From positions 9,982,001 through 10,046,000 of the forward strand of contig JANJGN010000038.1 in the NCBI GenBank assembly GCA_026770705.1: a stretch of DNA of 64,000 bases, read 5' to 3'. The notes under the pieces were generated by a model. The model saw nothing but the letters and a program-made list of their open reading frames with translations, ran no database searches and was not told where the DNA came from. Made by a program: the position numbers and the translations under genes. This document shows, in pieces, positions 38,256 through 51,900 of this stretch; positions within the stretch are counted from its first letter, which is position 1, and each line of letters starts with the position of its first letter. The stretch comes from Isurus oxyrinchus (taxonomy: Eukaryota).

Positions 38256-39789
38256 TTATTCTTTGTTCTTTCTTCTTTGTTGAGTGGAAAGTCCTGGACA
38301 TTACCAGATGCTAGGAGCAGCAAACTACCCGGACTCAGCAGCTGACACGGTAGAATTACCAGCAGCATCTAAGATGGAGGAGGAGAATCGAGATGAGTAG
38401 ATAGGTGTTTCGGAGTGAGAGCAGAGACATTGCATTGTTTGAGTTTAGCGCGAGCACATTCATTTGTACATTGAACACTCGTTACTTTGAACATATTTCT
38501 GTTAACAAATCAATGGTTAGTAATGTCCCATCAAAAAAGTTCATCATAAAATGCAGTTGGGGTTTAATAAAAATCTGAATAATTTCACTCAGTGAATCTC
38601 TTGTCGACACTGATCAGTGTGAATAACATAATAAAATTACATTTACATTGTCTTAACAGTGTGACAACTCACCCACAGTGACCGTGTCAACAGGATAGGA
38701 TCACATTTACGCTGCGAACCATAAGAAATTGTGCAGCTCGAGTGAGGAAATTATACTTCGGAAGAGGAAAAAATTCTATCATTATTTTTAGTTGAGACCA
38801 TTATATTGGATAGATTTAACCAATAAAGTTCGAATTGATATTATCAAGAGAGAGGGAGAATTGATATCAGTAATGTGAAGAAACCACACGGATAAACATC
38901 TAAAAGTGCACTGTTAAAGGGGAGAAATTATATCATTAATGGGTATAAATTGCATCAGGAAATGTAAATAATTATGTCGTTAAATTGGAGAACTAATGTG
39001 TGAACGTGTAGTAAAGAGGAGAAATTATATCAATTGGAGTGAAGAAATTCCATGCTTGAAGGAGAAAGATACCGCGGAGGGGAGCCGGGGGAAGATGTCA
39101 GTACGATAGAGAAGAGCAGCGAGTAAATGAGAGCAATGATAAAGTCTAATCAATGAATTCCGTAAGTAATAATTTACCTGGAACCTCGATAGCTGCAAGG
39201 AAAGCATAGTAAATGGCAAAGAAAAGATCTTTCCGTGATCCGTGCATGTTTAGCAAAAGTTGTCAGCACGTTCTACACGACATTGAAAACTTGTCGCGTT
39301 TATACCCGACATCCGGCTCCAGGGAATTAATTAAATGTTTGATTCTTTGCAATATTTGCAAATTGAAACAAGTAGTTTATTGCAGCTGCTGCCAAGGTGG
39401 GGTTTATTTTTTGATGTTATGTAATGTTTTTAAAGGGCTCCGAATTGTCTCTAATGTAAAATACCCAGGGAGTACAGTTATGTACTCCAAATTGTGTCCC
39501 TTCATAAGAAGATAATGAACGGCTAAATAGGTGGTTTCAATGGCGAAAACGAGAAATATGCATAATTATCGGGTGTGAATCCACCAATACTGTGTTAAGT
39601 CTCAGCACAAGCGTTAATGAACCAGAAAGATTCTGGCCCGAAGGAAAAACTCTGTTTACTTCTTATTCCTGAGCAATGTTCAATCCGTATGACATTGTGC
39701 TACAACACCATTGACTTCAAATACTCAGGAGCTGTGCATCGAAACTCAAATCAAACTCTGTGAATTAATTGTAACATTTCCAATCATGC

Positions 39790-40520
39790 AGAGTTATTTT
39801 CAGTGAGGACAGTTCTAGTTCGGCACCGTTACGTTGAGTGAATTGTAGTCCAGATCAGCAGAGAAGCATTTCATTCTCTTCTGCACGAGTGCATTGACGG
39901 TACACAGCCCCAGGTGAGTGCAGTTACATTCAGTGTTCACATGTCCAGTTAATGACGAATATATTCAGTATGGATATGGCCAGTTAATTGGACTGTAATT
40001 CTGCATAGGCTGGTCTAGTTGATCATAGTTTCATTTTTTAATATTTTTTTCGCATACGTGTCCGCTTTAACATCGGAACTGTGACTATGCCCGGGTTCAT
40101 TCCACAAAGTTTCAGAAAGTCCGGGATATGTCCAGTTCATCATGGTTAAATTCAACGTGGGGAGGACATGTTCAGTAGGCTGCACTCAGTATTCAGAAGC
40201 CGATCTCAGTCCAGACCAACAGCTTTAATTCAGGCATTGAAATGTACATTTATACGAGCAGGTCCAAACCAGCGGTAATAAATTCAGTGTTTCGGGGCCC
40301 AGTTTAATATCAGTGTGTAGAGGGCCAAATCACTCAATTTACTCTCAGAACAGAAGCGGAGATCAAGGCTCTTTAATGCAGTGTGAACAAGTTCAATTTA
40401 ACCTGTTACATTCACTGTGGATAGACCTAGATCCACCCTATTAATTTCTGTGTGGACAGGTCCAGTTGAAACTGGCGACCTTCCTCGTGCACAGATCTTA
40501 TTCCAGCCATCGACATCTAG
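39790..40520. repeat. Very degenerate minisatellite (attcagtgtggaca.gtccagtt, ~40 bp)
   Basis: Recurrent (g)tccagtt and ttcagtgtgga motifs. Confidence 0.5.
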
Positions 40521-40537
40521 TGAGAACATACCCAGCA

Positions 40538-40625
40538 CATAATAATAATAATAATTATTATTATTATTATCCTTCTTCATAATAATAGTAATAATTATTA
40601 TGATTATTATATTATTAGTATATAT
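40538..40625. repeat. (AAT)n/(ATT)n inverted microsatellite, two palindromic units
   Basis: ataataataataataattattattattattat followed by ataataatagtaataattattatgattattat. Confidence 0.85.
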
Positions 40626-41020
40626 TTTTAATGGGGTGTCGGCTTCGCAGGAAAGGCCAGTATTTGCTGCCCTCCCTAGATTGCCCTTGAAATGAATGGC
40701 TTCCTAGGTCATTCCCGAGGGCTGTTTAGAGTCAACCATATTTCTGTGCATGCGGAGTCTCACATAGGCCAAACTAAGTGAGGGCAGCGGATAATTTTCA
40801 TGGGATGTGGGCTTCAGTGGCAAGGCCAGCATTTGTTGTCCACCCCTAATTATCCTTGTGAAGATGGTTGTGAGCTGCCTTCTTGAATGACTGCAGTCAC
40901 CTGATGCAGGTGCACCTTCACTGATGTGTGAAAGGAGTTCCAAGGAATTTGACCCAGTGGCAGCGAAGGAACGACGATATACTTGCAAGTCAAAATGGTT
41001 TAGACTTGCAGGAGCACTTA
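40625..41020 (-). mobile_element. SINE fragment followed by a LINE 3' end
   Basis: Matches 24010-24350 and 3510-3780 respectively. Confidence 0.7.
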
Positions 41021-41634
41021 CCTACTGCCTTTAATGCAACAGTTCAAAATAGATTTTAGATTTAAAAAGCAAGCCAGCATGTTACCACAACACGCAGGCG
41101 ACAATGGAATTCCAAAGGGCTTTTCTCCAGCTTTAGTTACTGTCCACAGCAGACCTTTGCAAAATATGGCTGGAGGCTTCTCCTAAGCTGTTTCACGCAC
41201 TCCTGTTAGATCTTACATGTCCCTGCTTCAACCCTAAAATAGCCTTTAATTCCTCTTTATATATGTTTCTCCATCTTTAACCTGTAAGTTCCACTGTTCC
41301 ATATGTCTTCACAAATTTTCTTTTCTCATAAAATAAATACCTTTCCTTTTCTTTTTTGGAAAAATAAACACACTGCTTGGCCTTGCTTATCGAGCCATTT
41401 GTAAACATCCTACCATCTCTTTGAAATCCAAACATCTCATTTACTTCCTTTGCACATTAGACGCTAAGGTCTCATCCATGTTTGCTCATCAGCAAATCCA
41501 ATAAATTACACACAGACAGAATCATCCAGACTCACACCTTTAGGCCTAGTTTGCAGTACATCTCAATAGCAGTATGAAAAATTCTTATAGTTTTATAACA
41601 AGATGGATGCTTTTTGGGAAGTATTTTGGCAATA

Positions 41635-44600
41635 TGTTGGTATTCTGTATAGATGGATGTGTATTTGTGTGTGTGTGCTCATAATTTGTTAAGCTTGGAG
41701 TAGGTTCATAGAGGCAGCTTGCCTGTATGAGTTGAGAGATAAAAGTGTACAGGTATGAGTTGCATATATTTGCAATTAGAGGCAACGGTGATGTTGGATT
41801 TACAAGTAAATAGGGTGGGTTTTTAAAACTCGCATTTGGAGATAGGTAGGGACTTGACCTTGCAGCTGTTAAATTTCAAAGTAGAGTTTGAAGGACGTTT
41901 AAAACTTACAATTCTTTCATCAGAAAAAAGGGAAGGTTCTTACATTTCATTTGTTCCGAACGTGGAGGCAACAGGAAAACGTTAATGATTTTTCTATTTT
42001 GGGAAAGTTTAGTTCAAGAAGGTGCTGAGGAAAATAGAGTCTAAGATGAAAGGGGAAAAGGATATTTAAGGAAAGATGTTTAGCTGAAATAAAAACAGAA
42101 AACTCCCTGTCTGTTTTTGTTTCTCTCTTTATTTCAGCTTTCCAACATCCACAGTATTTTGCTAGTATCAAAATGCTGAGTTCAGTTGTGGTGGTTGTGC
42201 GGGGGACATGCCCTGAATCCAGCTCTGTCCTGAAACAATCTGAAACAGCCTTCCAGCCAAACAAGGAAAAGGCGGTCTTTTATCCAGAAAGCAGTTTGTG
42301 TTCCGAACTTTCTTGGATTTCCGCAGCAGAGGAGTCATGTGGTAAACCCTTTCTAAATTATCAGCAGCTTTGAATTGAATGAATATTATTCGCTTTTTAT
42401 ACTTAAAAATCTCTAAGGATGTTGTTTCTAAGTAGTTTACCTGTGCATCCTGACTATTTGTGGTTTTGGGGGCAGGGAGGTGGCGATGTTTTGTAGAACT
42501 GTTTCAACTTCATAACTTTAATCTGAAGTGGTCACTGTTTTCCTTCCTGTTAATAAATCTTTTAACGTTTTAAAATCCTAAAGGTCTTTTGGAATTCTAA
42601 GCTTCTGGGATCAGTAGCTTTTTTTCCTTGTTTTCAAAATACAAATGAAAATGTTATGCACAGGAAGATAGGTTTACCTCTACGATTTGGCCTGATCAGA
42701 AAATAACATTGGTTGTGTTTGTAACAAACTTGGGGGCTCTTTGCCTGATTTAAAATTATTTGCTTGAATTGCAATTTGTGAACTTAAACAGATACAAGTT
42801 AGAGGAGAGTACTGACGTCAAGGGGTTTGTGTTGATGGACTGTAAAGTGATTGCATTGCAAAATGCAACTGCTAAGACTTTTCTGGGAGTGCAAAATGTA
42901 ACTTTGGAGCATTTGAAATCTCTGAAAGAGTTATCAGATGACGCTCAGGTAGAAATAAAAGCGATTTTTTTAAGGCTCATTTAGTTGTAGTGCTTACTCA
43001 GGATTTAAAGTTAGAGGAACAGACACTTGAAAATAGTGTTTCATAGCTGGAGTTAGTAGGGCTTCAGCTGCAGATGAAGAAGTTTGAACTTGAACAAGAA
43101 AGGGAACTGAAGGGACTTGAATCAGAAGTAAAATGAGAAATGAGAAAACCTGAATTCGAAAAAAATGAGGAAGGGGAAGATAAAAACAGATTAAAATAAA
43201 TAGAAATAAAAACGCTTGCATGGGGAGGGAGGAAGAAGAGCAAGATGAGGAAAAGAAAAACGTTGCAATAGGTCTTTTAGGACAGAGATGAGGGGAATTG
43301 TTTCTTCAAAGAGTGTTTGTGACTTTGGAATTCTCTGCCTCATAAGGTATTAAAGGCGGGGTCATTGAATATTGTTACGGCAGAGATAGATAGGCTCTTG
43401 TTAGGCAAGGGACTCAAAGGCTTTCTGGGTTATGTGGAAATGTGGATTTTGAAACACCAGAAAAAGTTATTGAATGGTGGAGCAGGCTCGAGGGGCTGAA
43501 TGATCTACCCCTGTTACTATGTCTTATGTTGCTATGTTCTTAATAAATAGAAATGAGAAAGCTCGAACTTCAACAATAGAGACAGAAGGTAGCAATTGAG
43601 GAAAGAGAGAAGTAGAGAAATACCGAGTTTCAGAGAGAGAAAGAAGCCAGGCAGTATGAATTGTCTAAAGTAAAACTTAGAATAAAGGAGGAAAGGAGAG
43701 TTGTTGATTCAGGTGGTGACTTTGATTTCTTTGAGGAATTTGATTTAAGAAAAAATCTTAAGTTCGTGCCTAATTTTATGGAGGATGGAATTGAAAGATA
43801 TTTCCCCTGATTTGAAAAGGTAGCTATGAAATTGAATTGGCCAAGAGATACTTCGACTATAATGTCACTAAGTGTTTTTCAGGTACAGCAACGATTCTGT
43901 ACACGAGCTTATTAGAGGAACCATGTGCAGGCTTCGAGGAAGCTAAAAGGGCAATACTAAATGTTTATGAAATTGTCCTTGAAGCTTATCAGTTGAAGGT
44001 TATGTCTGTAAGAAATAGACCTAATCAACCATTTGTAGAGTTTTCAAGAAAATTAAATAAATTCTTCGAGAACCAAATCTTATGTCTTTGAAGTTAGACA
44101 AGACTTATGATAATTTAAAAAACATTATGATTATGGAATAATGTAGGAATACTATTCCAGTAACCATCAAGACATATTTAGATGAAAAACCATTAAAAAC
44201 TCCAGGGAAACCGCCGTTTTATTCGATAATTTTGATAATTCACACACATAGTTGAGTGTAGGAAAAAGATCAGCAAGAGAATCAGAGGTAAAGAAACCTA
44301 CTGATTATAAAAGTATTAGTAACAAGGAGCAAGCTGAACGATACCAGTCTTCTAAAGATGAACACATGCAGGACACGCCAATATCCCTTGCAAAGGTGAA
44401 AACGGAATAGTCAGTATTCGTCAGAGAGGTGGGCATGTTTTCACAACCTGCTTAAGGAAGTTCTCAAGGGCAAGTTACAGAGACCCTTAAATAGTTCAAA
44501 TGCGAAGGGAAAGTGTATCCATGCTTTCCGATCAAGGCAGGATGGACGGTTAAGACCCTAAGAGATACAGGGGCTGTGTACACATTAATGCTATGTGAAA

Positions 44601-44810
44601 GTGCCATCTGCTGTCCAGAGGAGTTACTAAAGAGAATGCGTTCGTTCATGGAATTCATAGCCGTTCAAGCCAATTTAGTTATTAAAAAAATCTAAATTTA
44701 AAAGGCGATTTGAAAATAAGAGAGGTGATTGTTGGAGTGGTGGAGAAATTTCCTAGTGCAGGTGTTCTATTTATTTTAAGGATTGATATAGCTGGACAAC
44801 AAATATTCAT
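41635..44810 (+). mobile_element. Decayed Gypsy LTR retrotransposon (5' LTR, PBS, gag, protease)
   Basis: TGTT...GTAACA LTR (~41635-42726); PBS-like tgggggctc at 42731 (tRNA-Pro type); gag-like FVPNFMEDGIERYFP*FEKVAMKLNWP and EAKRAILNVYEIVLEAYQ; protease LRDTGA; CR1 fragment nested at ~43270-43535. Confidence 0.8.
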
Positions 44811-45955
44811 TACAGACTTGGTTCAAACAATGGGCAAAGGACTCCTGTGGTGAGGTGACAGTGACAGTGACTGCCCTTGACAGCAAGGCAGCATTGGACC
44901 AGGTGTGGCATCAAGGGGCCTTGGCAAAACTGAAGTCAATAGGAATCAGGGGGAAAAGTCTCGGTTGGTTAAAGTTATACCTAGCAGAAAGGAAAGTTCT
45001 TGTGGATGCTGGAGGTCCGTCATCTCAGCTCCAAGACATCACTGCAGGAGATCCTTAGGGTAGTATTCTCGCCCCAACCATCCTCAGCTGTTTCATCAAT
45101 TACCTTCCTTCATCATAAGGTCAGAAATGGGGACGTTTATTTATGATTGCACAATGTTTAGCAACATTTGCAATTCCTCAGATTCTGAAGCAGTCTATGC
45201 CCAAATGCTGCAAGACCCGTACAATGTTCGGGCTTGGGCTGAGAAGTGGCAATTAATATTCACACCACACAAAAGTAAGGTATTCACCATGTCCAAAAGG
45301 GAGAACCCAATCACTGCCCCCTGTTCAATGGCAACTCATCGCTGATAACCCCACAATCAATATCCTGGGTGACTGTGGCAGCAAGAGAAGGTCAGAGGCT
45401 AGGAATGCTGTGACGTATAAGTCACCTCTTGACTCCCCAAAGCCTGCCCACCATCTACAAGGCACAAGTAAGGAGTGTGATGGAATAATCCCCAATTTAC
45501 TGGCTAAGTGCAGCTTACATAATTCTGAAGGAGCTTGACACCACCCAGGAAAAAAACAAACCCATTTGATTGGCACCACGTCCACAAACACTCACTCCCC
45601 CCACCACCGACACACAGTATAAGAATCGTGTACCATCCACAGGAAGCGCTGCAGGAATTCACCAAGCCTCCTTCGATAGCACCTTCCAAAACCATGGCCA
45701 CACCCATCTGGAAGGGCAGATAGATGGAAATACTGCCAACTGGAAGTTCCCCTCCAAGTCACTCACCATCCTGACTTGGCTGTTCCTTCACTGTGGCTGG
45801 GCCAATATCCTGGAACTCCGTTCCTTACCACTGTGGGTACGCCTATACCACATGGAGATCAGTGGTGCAATTGGGCAGCTCACCACCAGCGACAGGCAAA
45901 AGCCATGGGCAATAAATGCTGGCCAGAGAAGGCCACGTCCCATGAATGATTTAAA
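44810..45955 (+). mobile_element. CR1/L2-clade LINE RT plus 3' end
   Basis: ALDSKAALDQVWHQGALAKLKSIGIRGK, decayed PQGS.L.P, ending ggcaataaatgctggcc...catgaatga. Confidence 0.85.
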
Positions 45956-48900
45956 ATTGTGAATCTGAATCATTCTGAAACAGAATCTGGATCGTTCTGA
46001 ATTAGAATCTGAATCAATCTCAATCTGAACTTGAATCATTCTGAACTTGAATAAACCTGAATCCGATTCTGAAACGATCCGAATCAGAATATGTACATAC
46101 TTTAATATGAATCAGCAACAATCTGATTATATTTTTCTCTGAATGGGAATCTGCATCATTCTGAATATGAATGTGAACACTTCTCAATTTGAAACGTAAT
46201 CAACTTGAATATTAATCTAAATCATTCTGAATGTGAATCTGAATCAATCAGAATGTGAACCTCACACATTCTTAATGTTCATTTGAATCAATTACGATCC
46301 TTAACTAGGTGGTGCTAAATTTGAATCTGAATGTTTCCCAATGCGAATCTGAATCAAGCTGAATCCGAATTTGAATCATTCTCTTTGTCAATCAGAATAT
46401 TTGGGATTTTGAATCTGAATTATTCTGAATGTGAATCTGAACTGCTCTCAATGTGAATCGGAAAAAATCAGAATCTGACCCATAATTATTCTGATAGTGA
46501 ATCAGAATCATTCTGATTCCTAATCAGTACCATTCTTAATCAGGAAATGAATCATTATGAAATGAATTCTGAATTATTTTGAGTGTGAAACGTTCTGCAT
46601 GCGAATCTATATACTGTTCAATGTGATATTGAATCAAGATGAATGTGAACCTGGATCATTCAGAGGGTGAATCAGAATCATTATGAACGTGAATTTTGAG
46701 TCTTTCTGAATGTTAACAACTGGATTTGAAAAAGAAGCTCAATAATTCAGATCAATCCAAATCAATCGCAACCTTCAAAAGATTTTTTCTGGCTGTGAAC
46801 CAGAATCATTCTGAGCGTGAATATGAATCATTATGAATGTGAATCTGAATTGGAACGAATGTGAATGGAAACAATCTGAATATTAATTGGAGTCATTATA
46901 AATGTGAATCTGAATCTTTCTCAATCAGAATCAGCATCCATTTGAATCCGACAATGAATCATTCTGAAGTTGAATCGAAATCGTTCTGAGATTGAATCTT
47001 TCTGTATGTGAATCTGAATAGTTCTCAACGTGAACCTCAATCAATATGAATGTGAACATTAAACACTCAGAGAGTGAACTTGAAACATTATGAATCTGAA
47101 TCTGTATCATTATGAATTCAACTCAGAATTATTCTGATTGTGACTTTGAGTCAATCGCAATTTGAATATGAATAGTTCTGAACATAATTATAAAACATTT
47201 TGAATGAGAATCTGATTCAATCTAAATCAGAAGCTCCAAGATTCTGAATATGAGTCGGAATCAATCTGAACCTCCAAGTGATCATTTCTGAACATGAACC
47301 ACAGTTATTTTGAATGTGAATTTGAATTATTACAAAGGTGAATCTGGATCATTCTCACTACAAATCTGAATCATTCAAAATATAATCAATATGAATATGA
47401 AACAGAATCATAAGAACATGGAAACATAAGAAACAGGAACACAAGTAGGCTATTCGGCCCTCAAGACTGCCCCGCCATTTTATATGAAGATGGCTGACCT
47501 GCCCCGTTCCTCACCACCTTTATCGTACCAGCTCCTTGTAGCCCTCAACTCCCTGACATTTCAAAAGACTATCTATCTCTTCTTTAGAAGCTTGCAGTGA
47601 TCTAACCTCCACAACCGTCTGGGATATAGAATTCGAGCCATTCACTATCCTCTGAGAGAAGAAATTGCTTCTCATCTCATTTATAAAGGAGTGCCCCTAA
47701 TCCTGTAACTATGTCCCTAGTTCTTGTTCTCCCCAGCAGTTGAAACATCTTCTCAATATCTACCCTGTGAAGCCCCCTCAGAATCTTGTACGTTTCAAAA
47801 AGATCACCCCTCATTCGTCTATAATCTTATGAATAAAGTCCAAATCTGCTTAGCCGTTATTGATAAGTCAACCCCTTCATCCCAGCCATCAGCCTAGTGA
47901 ATCTATTTGAACTGCCTCCGATGCCAGTATATTATTTCTTAAATATGGGTACCAAAACTGTACACAACAAACCAGGTTTGGCCTCACCAAAAACCTCTAC
48001 AGTTGTTACAAGACTTTGTTATTTTTGAACTCCAACCCCCTAACAATACAGCCCAAAATTCCATTTGCCGTTATAATTTCTTGCTGCACCAGCATGCTAA
48101 CATTTTGTTTTCCATGTACGGGAACACCCAGATCCCTCTGTGCATCACTTTTTTGGAGTTCCTCTCTATTTAAATAAAGGTCTGCCATTTGATTTTTCCT
48201 GCCATGCATGGCTTCACAATTTCCTACATTAAACACCAACTTCCATTTTTTTGCCCACTCACTCAACCTATCTATATCCCCACGAACATTCCTTATGTCC
48301 TCACCACAACCTGCCCTCCCACCTATTTTTGTTTCATCAGTAAATTTGGAAACATTACACTTTCCCCACTCTTCCAAGTCATTAATATAGATAGCAAATT
48401 ATGAACGATTTGTGACTTATCCTTGTGGCATGCACTAGTTACATCTTTCCAACCTGAAAAAGACCCTTTCAACCCGACTCGTTGCCTTCTGTGTGTTACC
48501 AAATCCTGAATCCATGCTAGTACATTAGCCCCAAATCCCATGAGATCCTACATTGTACAATAACCTTTTTACGCAGCACCTTATCACATGCATTTTAATG
48601 AGAATCTGAATCAATCTGAATCTGATCATGAATAATTCTAAATGTTAATCTTAATCGTTCTAAATATGAATCTAATTCATCTTGAATGTGAATCCGAAAC
48701 TGAAGCAAAATGAATCCTATTGAGTCAATCTCAACATAAATTGGAATCCTTCTAAATTTCAATCTGAGTTATTCTGAATGTGAATCAGTATCATTGCGAA
48801 TATGATTGTATTTCATTCTAAATGTGAATCTGATTCAAAGTGAATGTGAATCTGAATTAATCTGCACGTGAATGTGAGTCATTCTGAATATGAATCCAGA

Positions 48901-51900
48901 TTCTTTTGATGGGAAACTGAATCATTGTGAATCAGGACATGAAACAATCCGAATCTAATCATGAAAAAAATCTCAATGTGAATGAGCAACAGTCAGAAGG
49001 AGAATTTGAATCACTCTTAATCCAAATGTGAATTAATCTGAATGTGAATCGGTATTATTCTGTAGGTTGATCTCAATTAATCAAAATCCGATACTGAATC
49101 ATTCTGAACGTGAATCGTAACCATTCAAAATGTGAATCCGAATCATTCGGAACCAGAAATGGAATCAACCTCAATCTGAATCTGAAACATTTGAATATAA
49201 TTCTGAAACATTCTAAATATTAATCCAAATCATTGTGAATATGAATGCAAGCCTGATTCAACCTCAACCATAATATGCTTCAATCTCAATGTGAATCTGA
49301 ATCATAATGTGAATCAGGATCGTTCTGAATGTGAATCTGACACATTCTGAATGTTCACATGATTCTGTCAAAATCCGTAACTCAATGGCACGAGTTTTAA
49401 ATCTGAATTATTCTGAAGGTGAATCTGAATGTTTCAGAATGTGACTGAATCTGAATGCAAATCTGAACCATTCCACATGGGAATCGAATGATTCTGCATG
49501 TGAATCTGTACAATTCTTAATGAGAAGGTGTGTCCTGCTGGATGTGAATCTGATATCATTCTGAATATGAATATGAATGTGGATCTGAGTCATTCTGAAT
49601 GTGAATCTGATTTAATTTGAACTTGAGTCATGCTGAATACGATAATAAATCATTCTGAATGTGAACCGGAGCCTGAATCCTATTATGAGACCAACACGTT
49701 CTGAATGTTCACATAATTAATTGAAAATCCATGAATGTTGCTAATTTCAAGTATGAATCTCTTTAAATGTGAATCTGAATCATTCAAAATGTGAATCTGA
49801 CCAAATCTGAATCAAACTCTGTGGGAACTTGCATCATTCTTCAAGGTAACCAGTATCATTCTGAATATGAATGTGCATCATTCTGAATGTGAACATGTAA
49901 CATTCTGAATGTGAATGGGAATCAATCTGAATGTGAATCAGAATTAATCTGAAAGTGAATCTGAGCCATCCTGAATATGAATCTGAATCCTTCTGAAACA
50001 GAATCTCAATCATTGTGTACCTGAATATATATTAATCGGTATCTTAACATGAAGCAATCTCAATGCGAATCTACAACAAGCCAAAGATATTTCTGCATCA
50101 ATCTGACTGATTCTTGTTCTGAAGCAGAGGTATTCTGTTTATGAATCTCAATCATTCTTAATGTGAATTTAAATCATTCTAAAGCTGAATAGGGATCGAT
50201 CTGCATGTCAGTCGGAATCATTCCATAGGTGAATCTCAGTTAATCATAAACCGATTCTGAATCATTATGAAAGTGAATCTGAACCATTCAAAATGTGAAT
50301 CGAAATAATTCTGAATCCAAATCCGAATCAATCTGAACCTGACTCTGAATCATTCTAAAAGTGAAACCGAATCATTCTGAATATGAAATTAAATCATTAT
50401 GAATGTGAATTCTAACTTGATTCAACCAGAATCTTAATATGAGCCTATCTCAATCTGAACATGAATCATTCAGAAATTGAATCAAGATCATTCAGAATCT
50501 GAATCTGAATCAAAATCTGCATCACACCCTATGAGAACCTGAATCATCCTGAATGTGAATCAGAATTATTGTGAATAGGAGTCTTAATCATTGTGAATTT
50601 GGGTCTGAATCTGAATATGAATCAACCTGAATATGAAACGGAATCGTTTATAATGACAATCTGAATCAATCTGAATCTGAATCTGTATAATTCTGAAAGT
50701 GAACCTGTATTATTCTGAATGTGAATCTGCAATAATCTGAATGTGAAGCTGAGTCATTCTGAATACGAATCTAAATGCTTCTGATGAGAATCTGAATCAT
50801 GCATCAGGACATGAATCAAACCGAATCTGAATATGAAAAAAAATCTCAATGTGAATCTATAACATTCCGAAGTTGAAGCTGGATGAAACTGAACCTCAAT
50901 CTGAATTCGTCTGAATGTGAATCGGAATCATTCTGCAGCTTAATCTCAATTAATCATAATCCGACTCTGAATCATTCCGAATGTGAATCCGAACCATAAA
51001 AAATGTGAATCCGAGTCATTCAGAATCAGAATCTGGATCAAGCTGGCTTCTTTAGAATGTTTTTCTGAACCATTCTGAATATGAATCTAAGTCATTATGG
51101 ATGTGAATTCGAACCTGATTCAATCTAAATGGTAATATGAGTCAATCTCAGTCTGAGTCTGAGTCTGAATCATAATGTGAATCAGAATCAGGAGCATTCT
51201 GAAAGTGAATCTGAAATATTCTGAATGTGATTTTGAATGAATCTGAATCCGATTCTGAATCGATCTTCATCCAACGATGAATCAATCTGAATGTGAATCA
51301 TTAACAGTTTATATTTAAATTAGTCTGAAAATGAATCTGAATCAGTCCGAATGTGAATCTGTACGATTCTGACCATGAATGTGAGTCAGGCTCACTGTGA
51401 TACTTAATCAAACTGAATATCAATCTGAATATTTTGGAATGTGAATCTAAATGAAAATCGGACATATGCTGATTGTACGCATGATTCAATCACAAACCGA
51501 AGCTCAATGGCACTAATTTTGAATCTGAATCATGCTGAATGTGAATCTGAATCAAGATGAACCCAAATCTGAATCATTCTCTTTGTCAATCTGAATCTTT
51601 CGGTTTCTGAATCTGAATCATTCTGATTATGAATCTGAATTTTCCTGAATGTGAATTGGAATCATTCTGAGTCTGAATTGTTCTGCGTGTGAGTATGAAT
51701 ACTTCTCAGTGTGAATCAGAATCAATATGAATGTGAATCTTAATCATTCAGATCGTGAATCTGAATTATTATGAATATGAACTTTAGTCATTCAGAATGT
51801 GAATCTGACCCAAACCTGAATCAATCTCCACGAGAACCCAAATCAATCTCCATGTTAATCATTGTCATTCTGAATGTGAATGTGAATCAATCTGAAAGTG

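Larger units (their letters stand above)
34970..39247 (-). pseudogene. GPR139/GPR142-like class A GPCR, two exons, frameshifted
   Basis: Exon 1 39247-39178 MHGSRKDLFFAIYYAFLAAIEVP then G|GTAAAT; exon 2 35879-34970 ANLAVTMILSRGRCGLS...; 1-nt frameshift near 35722 (FSF to LAIRPLCSL); DRF is YRF and NPxxY is NPFIS. Confidence 0.85.

Noticed and set aside
38674-38712. CACAGTG heptamer as a recombination signal sequence
   Set aside because: No ACAAAAACC-like nonamer at 12 or 23 bp, and it lies in a GPCR intron with no adjacent V, D or J.
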